From Podarcis melisellensis (lineage: Eukaryota): a stretch of DNA of 64,000 bases. Positions within the stretch are counted from its first letter, which is position 1. Every line of letters begins with the position of its first letter. The DNA lies in assembly GCA_964234715.1 (NCBI GenBank), contig OZ174275.1; one strand, given 5' to 3'. Shown in pieces: positions 26,350 through 36,941 of this stretch. The notes under the pieces are model-generated. The model worked only from the letters and a program-made list of their open reading frames with translations, had not been told where the DNA came from and did no database searches. The position numbers were made by a program, and so were the translations under genes.

Positions 26350-26600
26350 CCATTGTCCTGGTGGCTTTGCTGCAGTTTAATTCCTCCATCCATCATCTAT
26401 TCTAAGACCCTTTCCCCAAACGTATGCTTCTTCAGCTGAAGTACTGTAGGGTGCTCCTGCTTCTATCACAGAAGTAGCATCTACAGGGATGATATAACCG
26501 ACGGTCTGCCATAAAGGGATACCTCATTCTGGGAATTTGTGATATGGACTCTCTGAGGAATTTGAAAGCTCTAGTGGCAATTGCAATTAGCTGTTCTACA
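26350..26600 (-). promoter_or_regulatory. Putative promoter and non-coding first exon of OR A1
   Basis: Donor caatg|gtaggc (GT at 26350-26349), plus-strand ctgggaatttg at 26529 and TAATTG at 26584-26589, all conserved in the paralogous block 32652-32860. Confidence 0.55.
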
Positions 26601-26869
26601 ATGGAGCAATTTTCTCTGGAATCAATCACACTAGTGTCCATAGGTAGGAAAGTCAAGAGGAAAAAACATTGCCAATAAGAAATATAGTCAACCATGTATT
26701 AGGTTAACTAATAGGTTACAAATACACATAGGTTACAAATATACACATAATTCAACAAAAGTGATGTGTGTAACCATCAAATGCAATAATATGTTTTTCA
26801 AACTAGGGCTGCAGATTTCTCAGATTAGGCATGAATCTGGGATGAATAGCTCTGTCTGCCTGCCTGTTA

Positions 26870-27795
26870 TGTAGTGGTCAGAGTGTCAGACTAGGAGCTG
26901 GAGACCAGGGTTCAAATTGCCACTCAGTGACGAAGCTCACTGGGTAACTCAGCCTGATCTATGTCACAATGAGCACTCACACTTTACATTGTGGGTACCC
27001 TTTGTGGGATCGCGTGCGGTGCTACAGTTCCCAGGGCAAACAGGGCTAGCCTGCCTCTCAGTGTTAATATTTGGAGGTTCACGCCCAGATTAAGTAGTCA
27101 AGTTTCATTGCTGAGAGGTGGCACCAGTCCCATTATATATAGGGGATGGAGCAGACAGTAGCCATGCAGTCGACTCAGGAGATTCACCCACCCTACCCTC
27201 CATTAGTTTAATGTTTTCCTGTTTGCAGGTTAACCTTTTCTTCCTGTTTAGCGGGCGCTGCTATGGTCTTTGACTGGTTGTTGTTGAAGGACCGGGAATA
27301 CGCTGGCAGGTTTTGTCTTCCCTGTAGCAATTCATCACAACTTTGGCAGTTTATGGCCTTGGGTGGAATCCTTTAGTCTTTTCTTTCCTATAATGGGGGG
27401 AGGGAGGCGTGAAGTGATGACTCACACCCCTGCAGTGGCGATTCCAGGGTCCCCTCTTAAAAGGGGTTATATAATGAGTGTCACTGGCCGTATACTGAAA
27501 AGTTGTCAGTGAACTACCCTGCATGCACCCCACATCCCATTTACCCTGATGTGCCCCAGTTACCTCGGCTGAGGGGCTGGGAGGGATACATGCCCAAGGC
27601 CTAAGCCAAGGTCTTCCTACATTCGGAAGTTTAATAAAGTTGTGGCCTAATTTTAATTCCATAACACGTTGTCAGAGTCTTTATTACTTTCTAATGATCC
27701 CTGGGGGCTGGGGCTGTCACAGCCTGGTCACACAAAGTTATTGTGGGGATTAAATGAGGGGAGAACTCCTTGGAGAAAAGGTGGGATATAAATGC

Positions 27796-27844
<49 letters not shown>

Positions 27845-27845
27845 T
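26870..27845 (+). mobile_element. Squam3-type SINE split by an LTR-like insertion
   Basis: Head gtagtggtcagagtgtcagactagg...gggttcaaatt at 26870-26969. The body and tail resume at 27731, ending aaaaggtgggatataaat and (tta)n. Confidence 0.65.
26970..27730 (+). mobile_element. LTR-like solo element, 761 bp
   Basis: TGA...TCA termini. Exact 5-bp TSD cacaa at 26965-26969 and 27731-27735. TATA-like tatatata near 27135 and AATAAA at 27633. Confidence 0.7.
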
Positions 27846-28141
27846 TCAGAGAGTTGGAGGATTTCTTGGTGGTTTTTAATATTAGTATTATTGACACATT
27901 TCTTAACCTTCCCCAAGTGGAGCAGTGCAAGGTACAATTTTGCAATTAATGGCTGTATATTCCAATCAGGAAATGACATTATCGGAGCTCTCTTTTTTAC
28001 TTCCAACCACAGTGTTTTGGGGAGGAAGTAGAAAGAACGCTTCAAGCAGCAATCCTATTAACACAACTGGAAGTAAGTCTCATTAAACTCGGGGCAGAGG
28101 GATGGGACTTACTTATAGGTAGGCATTCATAGTCTGGTGCT

Positions 28142-28217
28142 ACTGGAAGGAATTGTGCTACTGGAAAGAATTTTTTTTGTATTGACTATGGCAGACCAAC
28201 ACGGCTACCTATCTGTA
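28142..28217 (+). mobile_element. Tiny Penelope-like terminal insertion
   Basis: ggtgctactggaa...gactatggcagaccaacacggctacc, bracketed by the 14-bp direct repeat catagtctggtgct (28128-28141 and 28218-28231). Confidence 0.6.
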
Positions 28218-28455
28218 CATAGTCTGGTGCTGTCAGTGATGTCTGTGTTCTTTGCTTGTTGACTGCCAAGCCAAAAATAATGGTCCCCAGTGCCAGCCCC
28301 CTCCTCTCTGGCCATTCCCTTGGAAAGAATATGTGGACAGTGACTGGCTGGACATCACTGCTTGAAGATTTTATTGTGATGAAATTGTGTCTGCATCTAA
28401 GGAGGAGAACTACTGTATACCACCTTGAGATCCTTGGAAGATAAGGGTGGCATAT

Positions 28456-28457
28456 GA

Positions 28458-28510
<53 letters not shown>
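28456..28510. repeat. (GAAA)n microsatellite
   Basis: Directly visible. Confidence 0.95.
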
Positions 28511-28512
<2 letters not shown>

Positions 28513-28586
28513 TTGTCATGGCAGTACTTTGGCTCAGCACCATCATCTCTACCTGCCATATTTCTCCTCTGAACTGAGCTTGCAGA

Positions 28587-29121
28587 NNNNNNNNNNNNNN
28601 NNNNNNNNNNNNNNNNNNNNNNNNNNNNNNNNNNNNNNNNNNNNNNNNNNNNNNNNNNNNNNNNNNNNNNNNNNNNNNNNNNNNNNNNNNNNNNNNNNNN
28701 NNNNNNNNNNNNNNNNNNNNNNNNNNNNNNNNNNNNNNNNNNNNNNNNNNNNNNNNNNNNNNNNNNNNNNNNNNNNNNNNNNNNNNNNNNNNNNNNNNNN
28801 NNNNNNNNNNNNNNNNNNNNNNNNNNNNNNNNNNNNNNNNNNNNNNNNNNNNNNNNNNNNNNNNNNNNNNNNNNNNNNNNNNNNNNNNNNNNNNNNNNNN
28901 NNNNNNNNNNNNNNNNNNNNNNNNNNNNNNNNNNNNNNNNNNNNNNNNNNNNNNNNNNNNNNNNNNNNNNNNNNNNNNNNNNNNNNNNNNNNNNNNNNNN
29001 NNNNNNNNNNNNNNNNNNNNNNNNNNNNNNNNNNNNNNNNNNNNNNNNNNNNNNNNNNNNNNNNNNNNNNNNNNNNNNNNNNNNNNNNNNNNNNNNNNNN
29101 NNNNNNNNNNNNNNNNNNNNN
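28587..29121. other. Assembly gap (535 N)
   Basis: Run of N, followed by (tatc)-type repeat remnants. Confidence 1.
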
Positions 29122-29393
29122 CATCTATCAGCTATCATCATCTATCATCTATCATCTATCAATCACCACTCTTTCCAGGCGCTAGTCTATGTATGAGTGG
29201 GTATTTATTTATTTTTTGTCTCACTGCTTTCCCTGGGAAGACCCACAGTTTATTGCTGAATCAGAACAAACTGAAATCGGGTTTTCCATGGATCAGATCA
29301 ATATTTTCTACAAAATCCCAAAAGATCCATTCTTTTAGTTACTTGAGATTACTGACTTACCAGAGAAAAGAATCTAGCACAATATATGCCTTT

Positions 29394-29745
29394 TTATTCT
29401 ATAATAAAATTCACCCCCAACCTGCTCAGTCACCTCACTGCACCTGTCAGTTCTTTGTTTCTGAAGCTGCAGATCAAAGTGTTTAACTTGGGGATCATAA
29501 CTGTGTAGAACATGGAGACCATCTTGTCCTCATCAACTGAAGACCTGCCGCTGGGACACACACATATAAAGAAGAGAGTCCCATAAAAGAAAGATACAAC
29601 TGTGAGATGGATTGAGCTGAGAGAGAAAGCTTTGTACTTGTTCTTGTTGCAGCATATTCTCAGGACAGCCATGAGGATAGAATTATAGGTGACAATGACA
29701 GAGTTGAAGGTACAGTACAAGACAGACCAAGAAGCATGCTCTGGT
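29394..29745 (-). pseudogene. OR pseudogene, 3' third only; paralog of OR 36000-36941
   Basis: [23 protein letters not shown]...[28 protein letters not shown] with a premature TGA at 29430. The 3' flank 29250-29394 aligns with 35850-36000. Confidence 0.88.
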
Positions 29746-29975
29746 TTCTGCAAACTGACTGCAAAATCAGCACAATGGGATTACTCATCAGCTGAAGAGC
29801 AGTGAGCCACTGGTGCTGATGTGTCTCTATCTGCTTAACTCTTTCCTCACTGACAACTTGCATGCTTTAACCTACCCCCTGTGACTCTTTTACTATAGCA
29901 GGGTTAAATGCATATTTGGAAGCCAAGCATGGATTTGAAATGTTTGAAGAAAAGAGGTTCAGGGTAAATCCAGAC

Positions 29976-30095
29976 CAGGGTTTCCCAACCTTGGACTGCC
30001 AGCTGTTTTTGGACTACAAATCCCATCATCCCAACTATCAGGACTAGGGGCCTGGGATGATGGGAACTGTAGTCCAAAAACAGCTGGAAACCCTG
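29976..30095. mobile_element. Palindromic hAT-type MITE, 120 bp
   Basis: Ends cagggtttcc...ggaaaccctg with an internal fold-back. 8-bp TSD atccagac/atctagac. Absent from the paralogous site near 19520. Confidence 0.85.
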
Positions 30096-31067
30096 ATCTA
30101 GACATTTGCTCCAGTGTGGTTGATATTCTTTTAACAAATAGCTATCACTGGACAGAGGGCAAGCAAGATCAGAATCACAGTAGAGGAATGGTAGGGAGCT
30201 TTAAGCCTTTACCCCATCATGGTTCCCATGAGAATCTCCCCTCTGCACCACGAATGCTCTTTGTTCTCTCCCCCACCCTAGCTTTTTGTTAAAGAGAAAT
30301 CAACCACACCAGGGAAATAATCATGTGACAAAATTCATATCATGTTTGGTCTTTAAGGAGGGTTTGGCATGGAGGAGCAGCTAGGAAGCCTTGATACTTT
30401 TTTGCCTCAAATTTAGTCCCAATTTTTACCAAGGAAGGTGGCCACCAGGCTTTTGCTATATTTAGTGTGTAGTCCCTGCCCCCTTAATGCTAGTGCAGAG
30501 CAAAGATTTCCATTCAAGGAAGATTGACCAAAACACATTGAATTTAGCATATTTCTCTGCTACTTAGACCAGGATCCATTCATCTATGTCCCTCATCTTA
30601 TATTGCAATATTTATTTATCTGCTGCAAAATTCATTTTTAGAACTGTTAGCTATTTAGATATTAGCTTTTTAAACATTTAACACGGCAGTCCTGTACATG
30701 TCTACTCTGAAGTAAGACTTCCTGAGCCCAGGAGAGTGTGCACAGAATTACCACCTGGTTGAGTAGTTCTCAGCTGGTGGTGGTGGTAAGATCCCTTATA
30801 GTAGAAGAATCTTCACCTTGCTCATTCCAGAGCAGAAGGTGCGTGGGAGATGTAGTCATCTTATTTTTCGTCCCATTGTTTCTATCCCTCCCACTTATAT
30901 AAATGGGAGAGAAAATCACTATTCCACACCCTGGGCTGTGATAGTTATATGCTCTGCAAAGGCATTTTTCAGTTCTCTCCAAAGCACTTCCTTTGATGAA
31001 TTCCCCAAACGCGAATGGATGGAAACATCAACTTTTCTTCAAAATAATAAAATAATAAAATTGCATA

Positions 31068-32000
31068 TTAGGAGAAATGTTTCATTCTAATCACCCTCTT
31101 GATTGCATCTTTCACATCTTTGTTTCTTAGGCTGTAGATCAAGGGGTTTAACATGGGGATCAGCACAGTGTAGAACATGGAGACTGCTTTGTCTTCATCT
31201 TCTGAGGAGCCAGAGCTGGGCCGGACATAGATGAAGAAGAGGCTCCCAAAGAAAAGAGAGACAGCGGTGAGGTGGGAAAAGCAGGTAGAGAAAGCCTTGT
31301 GCCTCCCTTCACTGGAGTGGATCCTCAAGGTGGCTGCAAGGATGTAGATGTAGGAAATGATGACAATAAAGCCACTGAGCGTTCCAAGGGTGAAGGAGAG
31401 ACCCAAAAGCACCATCAAGTTGAAACTTGTGTCAGAGCAGGAGAGCGATATGACTGCAGGGATGTCACAGAAGAAATGGTTGATTGTGGACTTGCAGAAA
31501 GTTAACTGGAAAGTTAAGCTGGTGTGTGTTGTAGCATTGATCAGTCCTGCAAGATAGGGTCCAACCATCAGCTGGGCACAAATTTTCCTGGACATGATGA
31601 CTGTATAGAGAAGAGGCTTGGAAATAGCTACATACCGATCGTAAGCCATGGCTGCCAAAATGAAAGCTTCAGTGGCCACAAAGAGACAAAACATAGCCAT
31701 CTGTGCTGCACATCCAGGCAAGGAAATGCTTTTGCTTTTCACGACAAAATCCATCAACATCTTAGGGGTGACGACGGAAGAATAGCAGAGGTCCACGAAG
31801 GACAGTTGGCTGAGGAAGAAGTACATGGGGGTGTGAAGTCGAGAATCGATCCTGATTAATAGGATCATCCCAAGATTCCCCACAATGGTGATGAGGTAGA
31901 CTACAAGGAAGAATAGGAAAAGCAAGATTTTCAGCTCTGGTGAGTCAGTGAAGCCCAAAAGTATGAACTCATATATGGTGCTGTGATTTTCCCTTGACAT
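31068..32000 (-). CDS. Olfactory receptor (OR5-like), copy A2, 310 aa
   Basis: Intact OR motifs; 10 amino-acid differences from A1. Confidence 0.95.
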   Translation of the reverse strand: MSRENHSTIYEFILLGFTDSPELKILLFLFFLVVYLITIVGNLGMILLIRIDSRLHTPMYFFLSQLSFVDLCYSSVVTPKMLMDFVVKSKSISLPGCAAQMAMFCLFVATEAFILAAMAYDRYVAISKPLLYTVIMSRKICAQLMVGPYLAGLINATTHTSLTFQLTFCKSTINHFFCDIPAVISLSCSDTSFNLMVLLGLSFTLGTLSGFIVIISYIYILAATLRIHSSEGRHKAFSTCFSHLTAVSLFFGSLFFIYVRPSSGSSEDEDKAVSMFYTVLIPMLNPLIYSLRNKDVKDAIKRVIRMKHFS

Positions 32001-32375
32001 GCCTTTTAGTTCTGTAGAGAATGTAGAGAAGAAAAGACAAGCGATTTCTGAAATGACAGAGCATACATTGAACTATATATCACAGAAAACTCTGAATCTT
32101 TGAGTACCACTGGCTCTCATGCCTTCTATGGTTATTGGTGAAATTTTACCTTTGAGGGCATCTTCTGGATTCTGATTCAGCACGCAGTCTCAATGACTAG
32201 GCAAAGCTTGCATTTTTATAATCCTTTATCTTTTATGAAGTCAATAAATAATATTTTCTTATTATTGCCAGCTGCTTAGTTGCATGCAAGAAATACGTAA
32301 AATAACTTCTGACCTCCACCTGATGATGACCCTCAGTGATATATGGATTCCCTCCTTCTGACATAATGTAATGTA

Positions 32376-32617
32376 CAGTGGTACCTCAGGTTACATACAC
32401 TTCAGGTTACATACACTTCAGGTTACAGACTCCGCTAACCCAGAAATAGTATCTCAGGTTAAGATCTTTGCTTCAGGATGAGAACAGAAATTGTGCTTCG
32501 GCGGCACGGCAGCAGCCAGAGGCCCCATTAGCTAAAGTAGTGGTTCAGGTTAAGAATAGTTTCAGGTTAAGTACGGACCTCTGGAACGAATTAAGTAGTT
32601 AACCTGAGGTACCACTG
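32376..32617 (+). mobile_element. Tc1/mariner-superfamily (Tigger/pogo-like) MITE, 242 bp
   Basis: TIR cagtggtacctcaggtta / taacctgaggtaccactg with TA TSD. Empty paralogous site tgTAcagtataaacc near 26316. Confidence 0.92.
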
Positions 32618-32651
32618 TACAGTATAAACCAGAAATTACTAAGAGAACCTA

Positions 32652-32860
32652 CCCACGTGCTGATGGCTTTGCAGCAGTTTTAATCCCTCATCCATCTTTT
32701 ACTTCTTCAGCTGAAATCTTGCACCTTGCTCCTGCTTGTATCACTGAAGCAGTATCTACAGGAGAATATAACCAATGATTTGCCCAAAAGGGATGCCTCG
32801 TTCTGGGAATTTGTAATCTGAAGGATTTGAAAACTGAAGTGGCAATTCCAATTAGCTGTT
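32652..32860 (-). promoter_or_regulatory. Putative promoter and non-coding first exon of OR A2
   Basis: Donor cgtgg|gtaggt (GT at 32652-32651), plus-strand ctgggaatttg at 32803, TAATTG at 32849-32854. Confidence 0.55.
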
Positions 32861-33463
32861 CTTGCATTTCTGCCTGGAATCAGTCACCACAGTGGCCCCA
32901 GGTAGAAATAGTAATAATAAAACAAGTGGCAAGAACAAATATAGTAGATCATGTATAATTCAGCATTCATGCATATATAATTCAGCAAAAGTAAGGTACA
33001 TAACAATCAAGTGAAATAATGTATGCTTCCACTAGGGTTACAGATTTGCCTCAGATGAGGCATCAGTCTGGCATGAATATATCTGCCTCAGATATTTTGG
33101 GCATTGCAGGCACTGCTGAAATTTGAGACCCCACAGTCTACCACTTTGGGTGGGCACTGCTGCTTGAAAGCACGGGCGGAGGAAGAGGAGTGCGGGGGGA
33201 GCGCACCATCCCTGGCAGCGTGATCCCGGTGGGGTGCCATTGCGGCTACCTCCCCGCCCACACTGGGCACCACGCCCCTGCACTGCCCCCCCGCTCTCCG
33301 CCCCCCGGTCCCAGAGCATGAAGCTCTGCCACTGCTTGAAAGTGTCCTGCTCAGTGTCTTCAGCCACAGCTTCTCTGCTAAAAAAATGTCCCCCCTGCCC
33401 AAACAGCCTTTGTTTACAAAAAATGACTATTGTAGCTAGTTGCCAAATGCATTGAGTGTGCAA

Positions 33464-33666
33464 TAGAGCTCTCTAAACTTTTCATGTTGGTGACACCATT
33501 AGACATGCATCATTTCTGGACACAGTAATTCAGTTTTACTAGCAAACTGGAGGTTCAACTAACCCCTTTCCAGGCCCAGGAGGAGAGCGGAGAGCATTCG
33601 TGTGACACACCCACAAACTGCGGCCGACATGCTAATGTGTCACAACACACAGTTTGGAAAGTTCTG
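33464..33666. mobile_element. Older hAT-like MITE
   Basis: Imperfect TIR tagagctctctaaact / agtttggaaagttctg. Degenerate 8-bp TSD gtgtgcaa/ctgtacaa. Confidence 0.5.
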
Positions 33667-34109
33667 CTGTACAATGTATAGTTTACCTCTCAGTGGAAAG
33701 GTTTTTGAAGACCATTCCTTAATGAGGCCCCAACTTGGTTCAGGCTCTGATACTAATTAATTATGGGGTGAAGTGAGCAGAGAAATGATTCTGCTCTTTT
33801 TCAGGAACTCTTCACTCACTTCACCTGTTTCACAGACAATTACCTGGTGATCTAAGATCAAAAGTTGTGGATAAATCTATAGGGAGCATTGCTGGAAGGC
33901 AAAGATGGGCAAACACCCACCAGCAAGATTATTGGCTTGCCTGACAGAGGCACAAGGCTGGCTCAAGGTTTTATCCTTCCTTGGCAGAATGCCCTCTGGT
34001 TGTCTTCTTCCTCTGCTGGTGTCTCCTAGAAGGCTAACCTGTTGGCCACAATGGACTAGTGTCTGGTACCAATGCGATGATGAGGATCAGGAAGATGGAT
34101 CTGACTCAC

Positions 34110-34163
34110 CATTTAAATTTCCCACAATGCCCTGGAGCAGTGGCACTGTGGGAAATTTAAATG
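34110..34163. repeat. Hairpin, 22-bp arms (1 mismatch), 10-nt loop
   Basis: catttaaatttcccacaatgcc-ctggagcagt-ggcactgtgggaaatttaaatg. Confidence 0.85.
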
Positions 34164-34679
34164 TTGGCTCAGACCTAGCCACCTGGTGTCCAGGGCAAGC
34201 ACCAGCACAGCAATGGTGGGCTCTGCTGGGTCCCTTCCTGAGGATACTGCATATTGATGCTGGGCCTGCAAAGATCCATAATCGAGATAGCCGTTTCCCC
34301 CAGTCATGTATTCTGCCTCAGTTTCTGCCAGTCAAGTTGGCTTCCTGCAGTTATTAGAGCAGTGTACTAAGTTCTAAACCAGATGTGTTATGCTTTTAGG
34401 AAGTCCATCATAATTAACAGCAGGAACTGGGGCCTCTGATTTTCTTGTGACTATAGCATGTAGGGAGGTTTAACCATTTCCTTCCCATTGTGTGTCTAAC
34501 AAAAATCCCTTATATGCCCCAGAAGAATGTCCCTATGGGAGCTGTTGGGGTGTTCCTTGGGCTAATAGCAACGCGGTCGGGAAAGTGAATTGCATTTTAA
34601 GCAGCAGTTAGAGACTACAGCTATACATATGTTTTTAAAAGAATCTTACATTTAGATTTTTTACCACCTTTCCTATGGA

Positions 34680-35085
34680 AATGGAAATGGAAAGAAGAAG
34701 AAGTCTCAGCAAAAGAAGAATGGGTACAAAAATTTATGGAATATGCAGAAATGGCAAAACTTGCCGGAAAAAGAAGAAATCAAGATAACAAACTTTTTAT
34801 TAAAAAAATGGAAATGGATTTTGAATATTTACAAATAAACTGTAAACAGATAAGAACACTGGCAGGATTATTGTAATAACCTGCAGTTTTATAAGAGTAT
34901 ATATTTAAAGTAGCAAATGAGCGAATTAAGTCAATTTGGATATCCAGAAAATATTAAAAATAAATTTGACAAACTGCAGAAAGAGGTGGAAGGAAGTCAA
35001 ATTTTGAAATGTTAAAATGACTGTAAAATTATTGAAATGTACAAAACTGAAAATCATAAATAAAATATATAAATAAATAAATTTA
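34680..35085 (+). mobile_element. L1-clade LINE 3' fragment (ORF2 C-terminus and A-rich 3' UTR)
   Basis: Translates as KEEWVQKFMEYAEMAKL, followed by an A-rich tail. Related to 39880-40430. Confidence 0.6.
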
Positions 35086-35541
35086 GATTTTAAAAAAATA
35101 TTCCTTGTACTTGATGCATTTCTATTCTTACTATCCATACCAATATTCAACCTTAAAACATATCAATAAAATGTACACACAAAAACACATCTTGTTAATT
35201 AAGGTTGCAGTCCTACTCTTGCATGTATACTTTACTGAAATCTGTGATGATGTGAAATTTAAAAATGCAAAATTGAAAGATACATCAGTGCCCGGGAGTA
35301 AAGTTCATCTGAAATATTCTGTAACTTAAGCACATTAGATATAGAATCATAGGAACAAAGGCAGCTGCCTTATATCATCTCAGATTATCACTCTGTCTTG
35401 TTCACAGTAGCTCTCTGGGTTTCCAGAACGGACACCCCCAGGCTTACCTAGAAATGCCAGGGATTGAAATGGGACCATGCTCTACCACTGAGCTGTGATC
35501 ATAATCTTTATCCAAATAAATTAAGGAACAAAAAGCAAGTA

Positions 35542-35783
35542 CAGTGGTACCTAGGGTTACATACGCTTCAGGTTACATGCGCTTCAGGTTACAGACTCTG
35601 CTAACCCAGAAATAGTGCTTCAGGTTAAGAACGTTGCTTCAGGATAAGAACAGAAATTGTGCTCCGGCGGTGTGGCGGCAGCAGGAGGCCTCATTAGCTA
35701 AAGTGGTGTTTCAGGTTAAGAACTGTTTCAGGTTAAGAACGGACCTCCGGAACGAATTAAGTACTTAACCCGAGGTACCACTG
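35542..35783 (+). mobile_element. Tc1/mariner-superfamily MITE, 242 bp (same family as 32376)
   Basis: TIR cagtggtacc...ggtaccactg, TA TSD, collinear with 32376-32617. Confidence 0.92.
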
Positions 35784-35999
35784 TATTCCTGAAGATGCTA
35801 GACTTTAGCATCTTCTCTTCTAAAAGATCGCCCAGATAACAAAACACAGTGCTGTAATGAGTCTCTTTAAGATAAAATCTTAAAACATTGTGCTGTGTGG
35901 AAACAATATTCTCTGTGAAATCCAGAAAGGACCCATTCTTTTAGTTACTTGAGATTTATTATCCATCAAGGAAAGAAAGCCAACACAATGCATGCCTTT

Positions 36000-36941
36000 T
36001 TATTGCATAGGAAGGTTTTTCCCTCTGGCCAGTTGCCTCACTGCATCTTTCACTTCTTTGTTTCTGAAGCTGTAGATCAGAGGGTTCAGCATGGGGATCA
36101 TAACTGTGTAGAACATAGAGACCATCTTATCCTCATCAGCTGAAGACATAGAGCTGGGACGCACATATATAAAGAAGAGTGTCCCATAAAAGATAGACAC
36201 TACCGTGAGATGGGTTGAGCAGGTGGAGAAAGCTTTGCGCCTGCCCTTGTTGGTGCGTATTCTCAGGATGGCCGTGAGGATGTAGATATAGGAGACAATG
36301 ATAATTGACGTACTCACAATGCCAAAGGTACACGATAGACTGAAAAGCACCCCCTTGTTGAGTCTGGTATCTGAACAGGAGAGGGATATGACTGCAGGGA
36401 TGTCACAGAAGAAATGGTTGATCGTATTGGTGTGACAGAAGGTGAGTTGAAAAGTTAAGGTTGTGTGTGTTGTGGCATTCAGTACTCCTAAAAGGTAGGG
36501 GGCGATGATCAGCTGGGTGCAAACTCTGCGTGACATGATTACTGTATAAAGAAGTGGATTGGAAATGGCCATATATCGGTCGTATGCCATTGCTGCCAAG
36601 AGGAAACACTCGGTGGCTAAAAAGAGTCCAAAAAACCACATCTGTAGAGCACAGCCAGTCAATGAGATTGCTTTTCTTTTCATGACCAAATCCATCAGCA
36701 TCTTGGGAGTGACGACAGTCGAGTAGCAGAGGTCTACAAAGGATAAGTTGCTAAGGAAGAAGTACATGGGGGTGTGGAGTTGCAAGCTAATCCTGATTAA
36801 AATGATCATTCCAAGGTTGCCAAGCAGGGTGATAAGGTATACTGCTAGGAAAAAAGTGAAAAGAGGGAACTGAAGTTTTGAAGAGTCTGTGAATCCCGAA
36901 AAAATGAATTCATGTATTGTGGTATGATTTTCCACAGCCAC
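36000..36941 (-). CDS. Olfactory receptor (OR5-like), copy B; open frame but GTG at the expected start position
   Basis: All TM motifs intact ([37 protein letters not shown]). The N-terminus reads ...[10 protein letters not shown]. The upstream ATG at 37031 lies beyond a pyrimidine-tract acceptor. Confidence 0.8.
   Translation of the reverse strand: MAVENHTTIHEFIFSGFTDSSKLQFPLFTFFLAVYLITLLGNLGMIILIRISLQLHTPMYFFLSNLSFVDLCYSTVVTPKMLMDLVMKRKAISLTGCALQMWFFGLFLATECFLLAAMAYDRYMAISNPLLYTVIMSRRVCTQLIIAPYLLGVLNATTHTTLTFQLTFCHTNTINHFFCDIPAVISLSCSDTRLNKGVLFSLSCTFGIVSTSIIIVSYIYILTAILRIRTNKGRRKAFSTCSTHLTVVSIFYGTLFFIYVRPSSMSSADEDKMVSMFYTVMIPMLNPLIYSFRNKEVKDAVRQLARGKNLPMQ

Noticed and set aside
28410-29185. 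ORFs of 191-243 aa
   Set aside because: Artefacts of translating through the N gap and a microsatellite.
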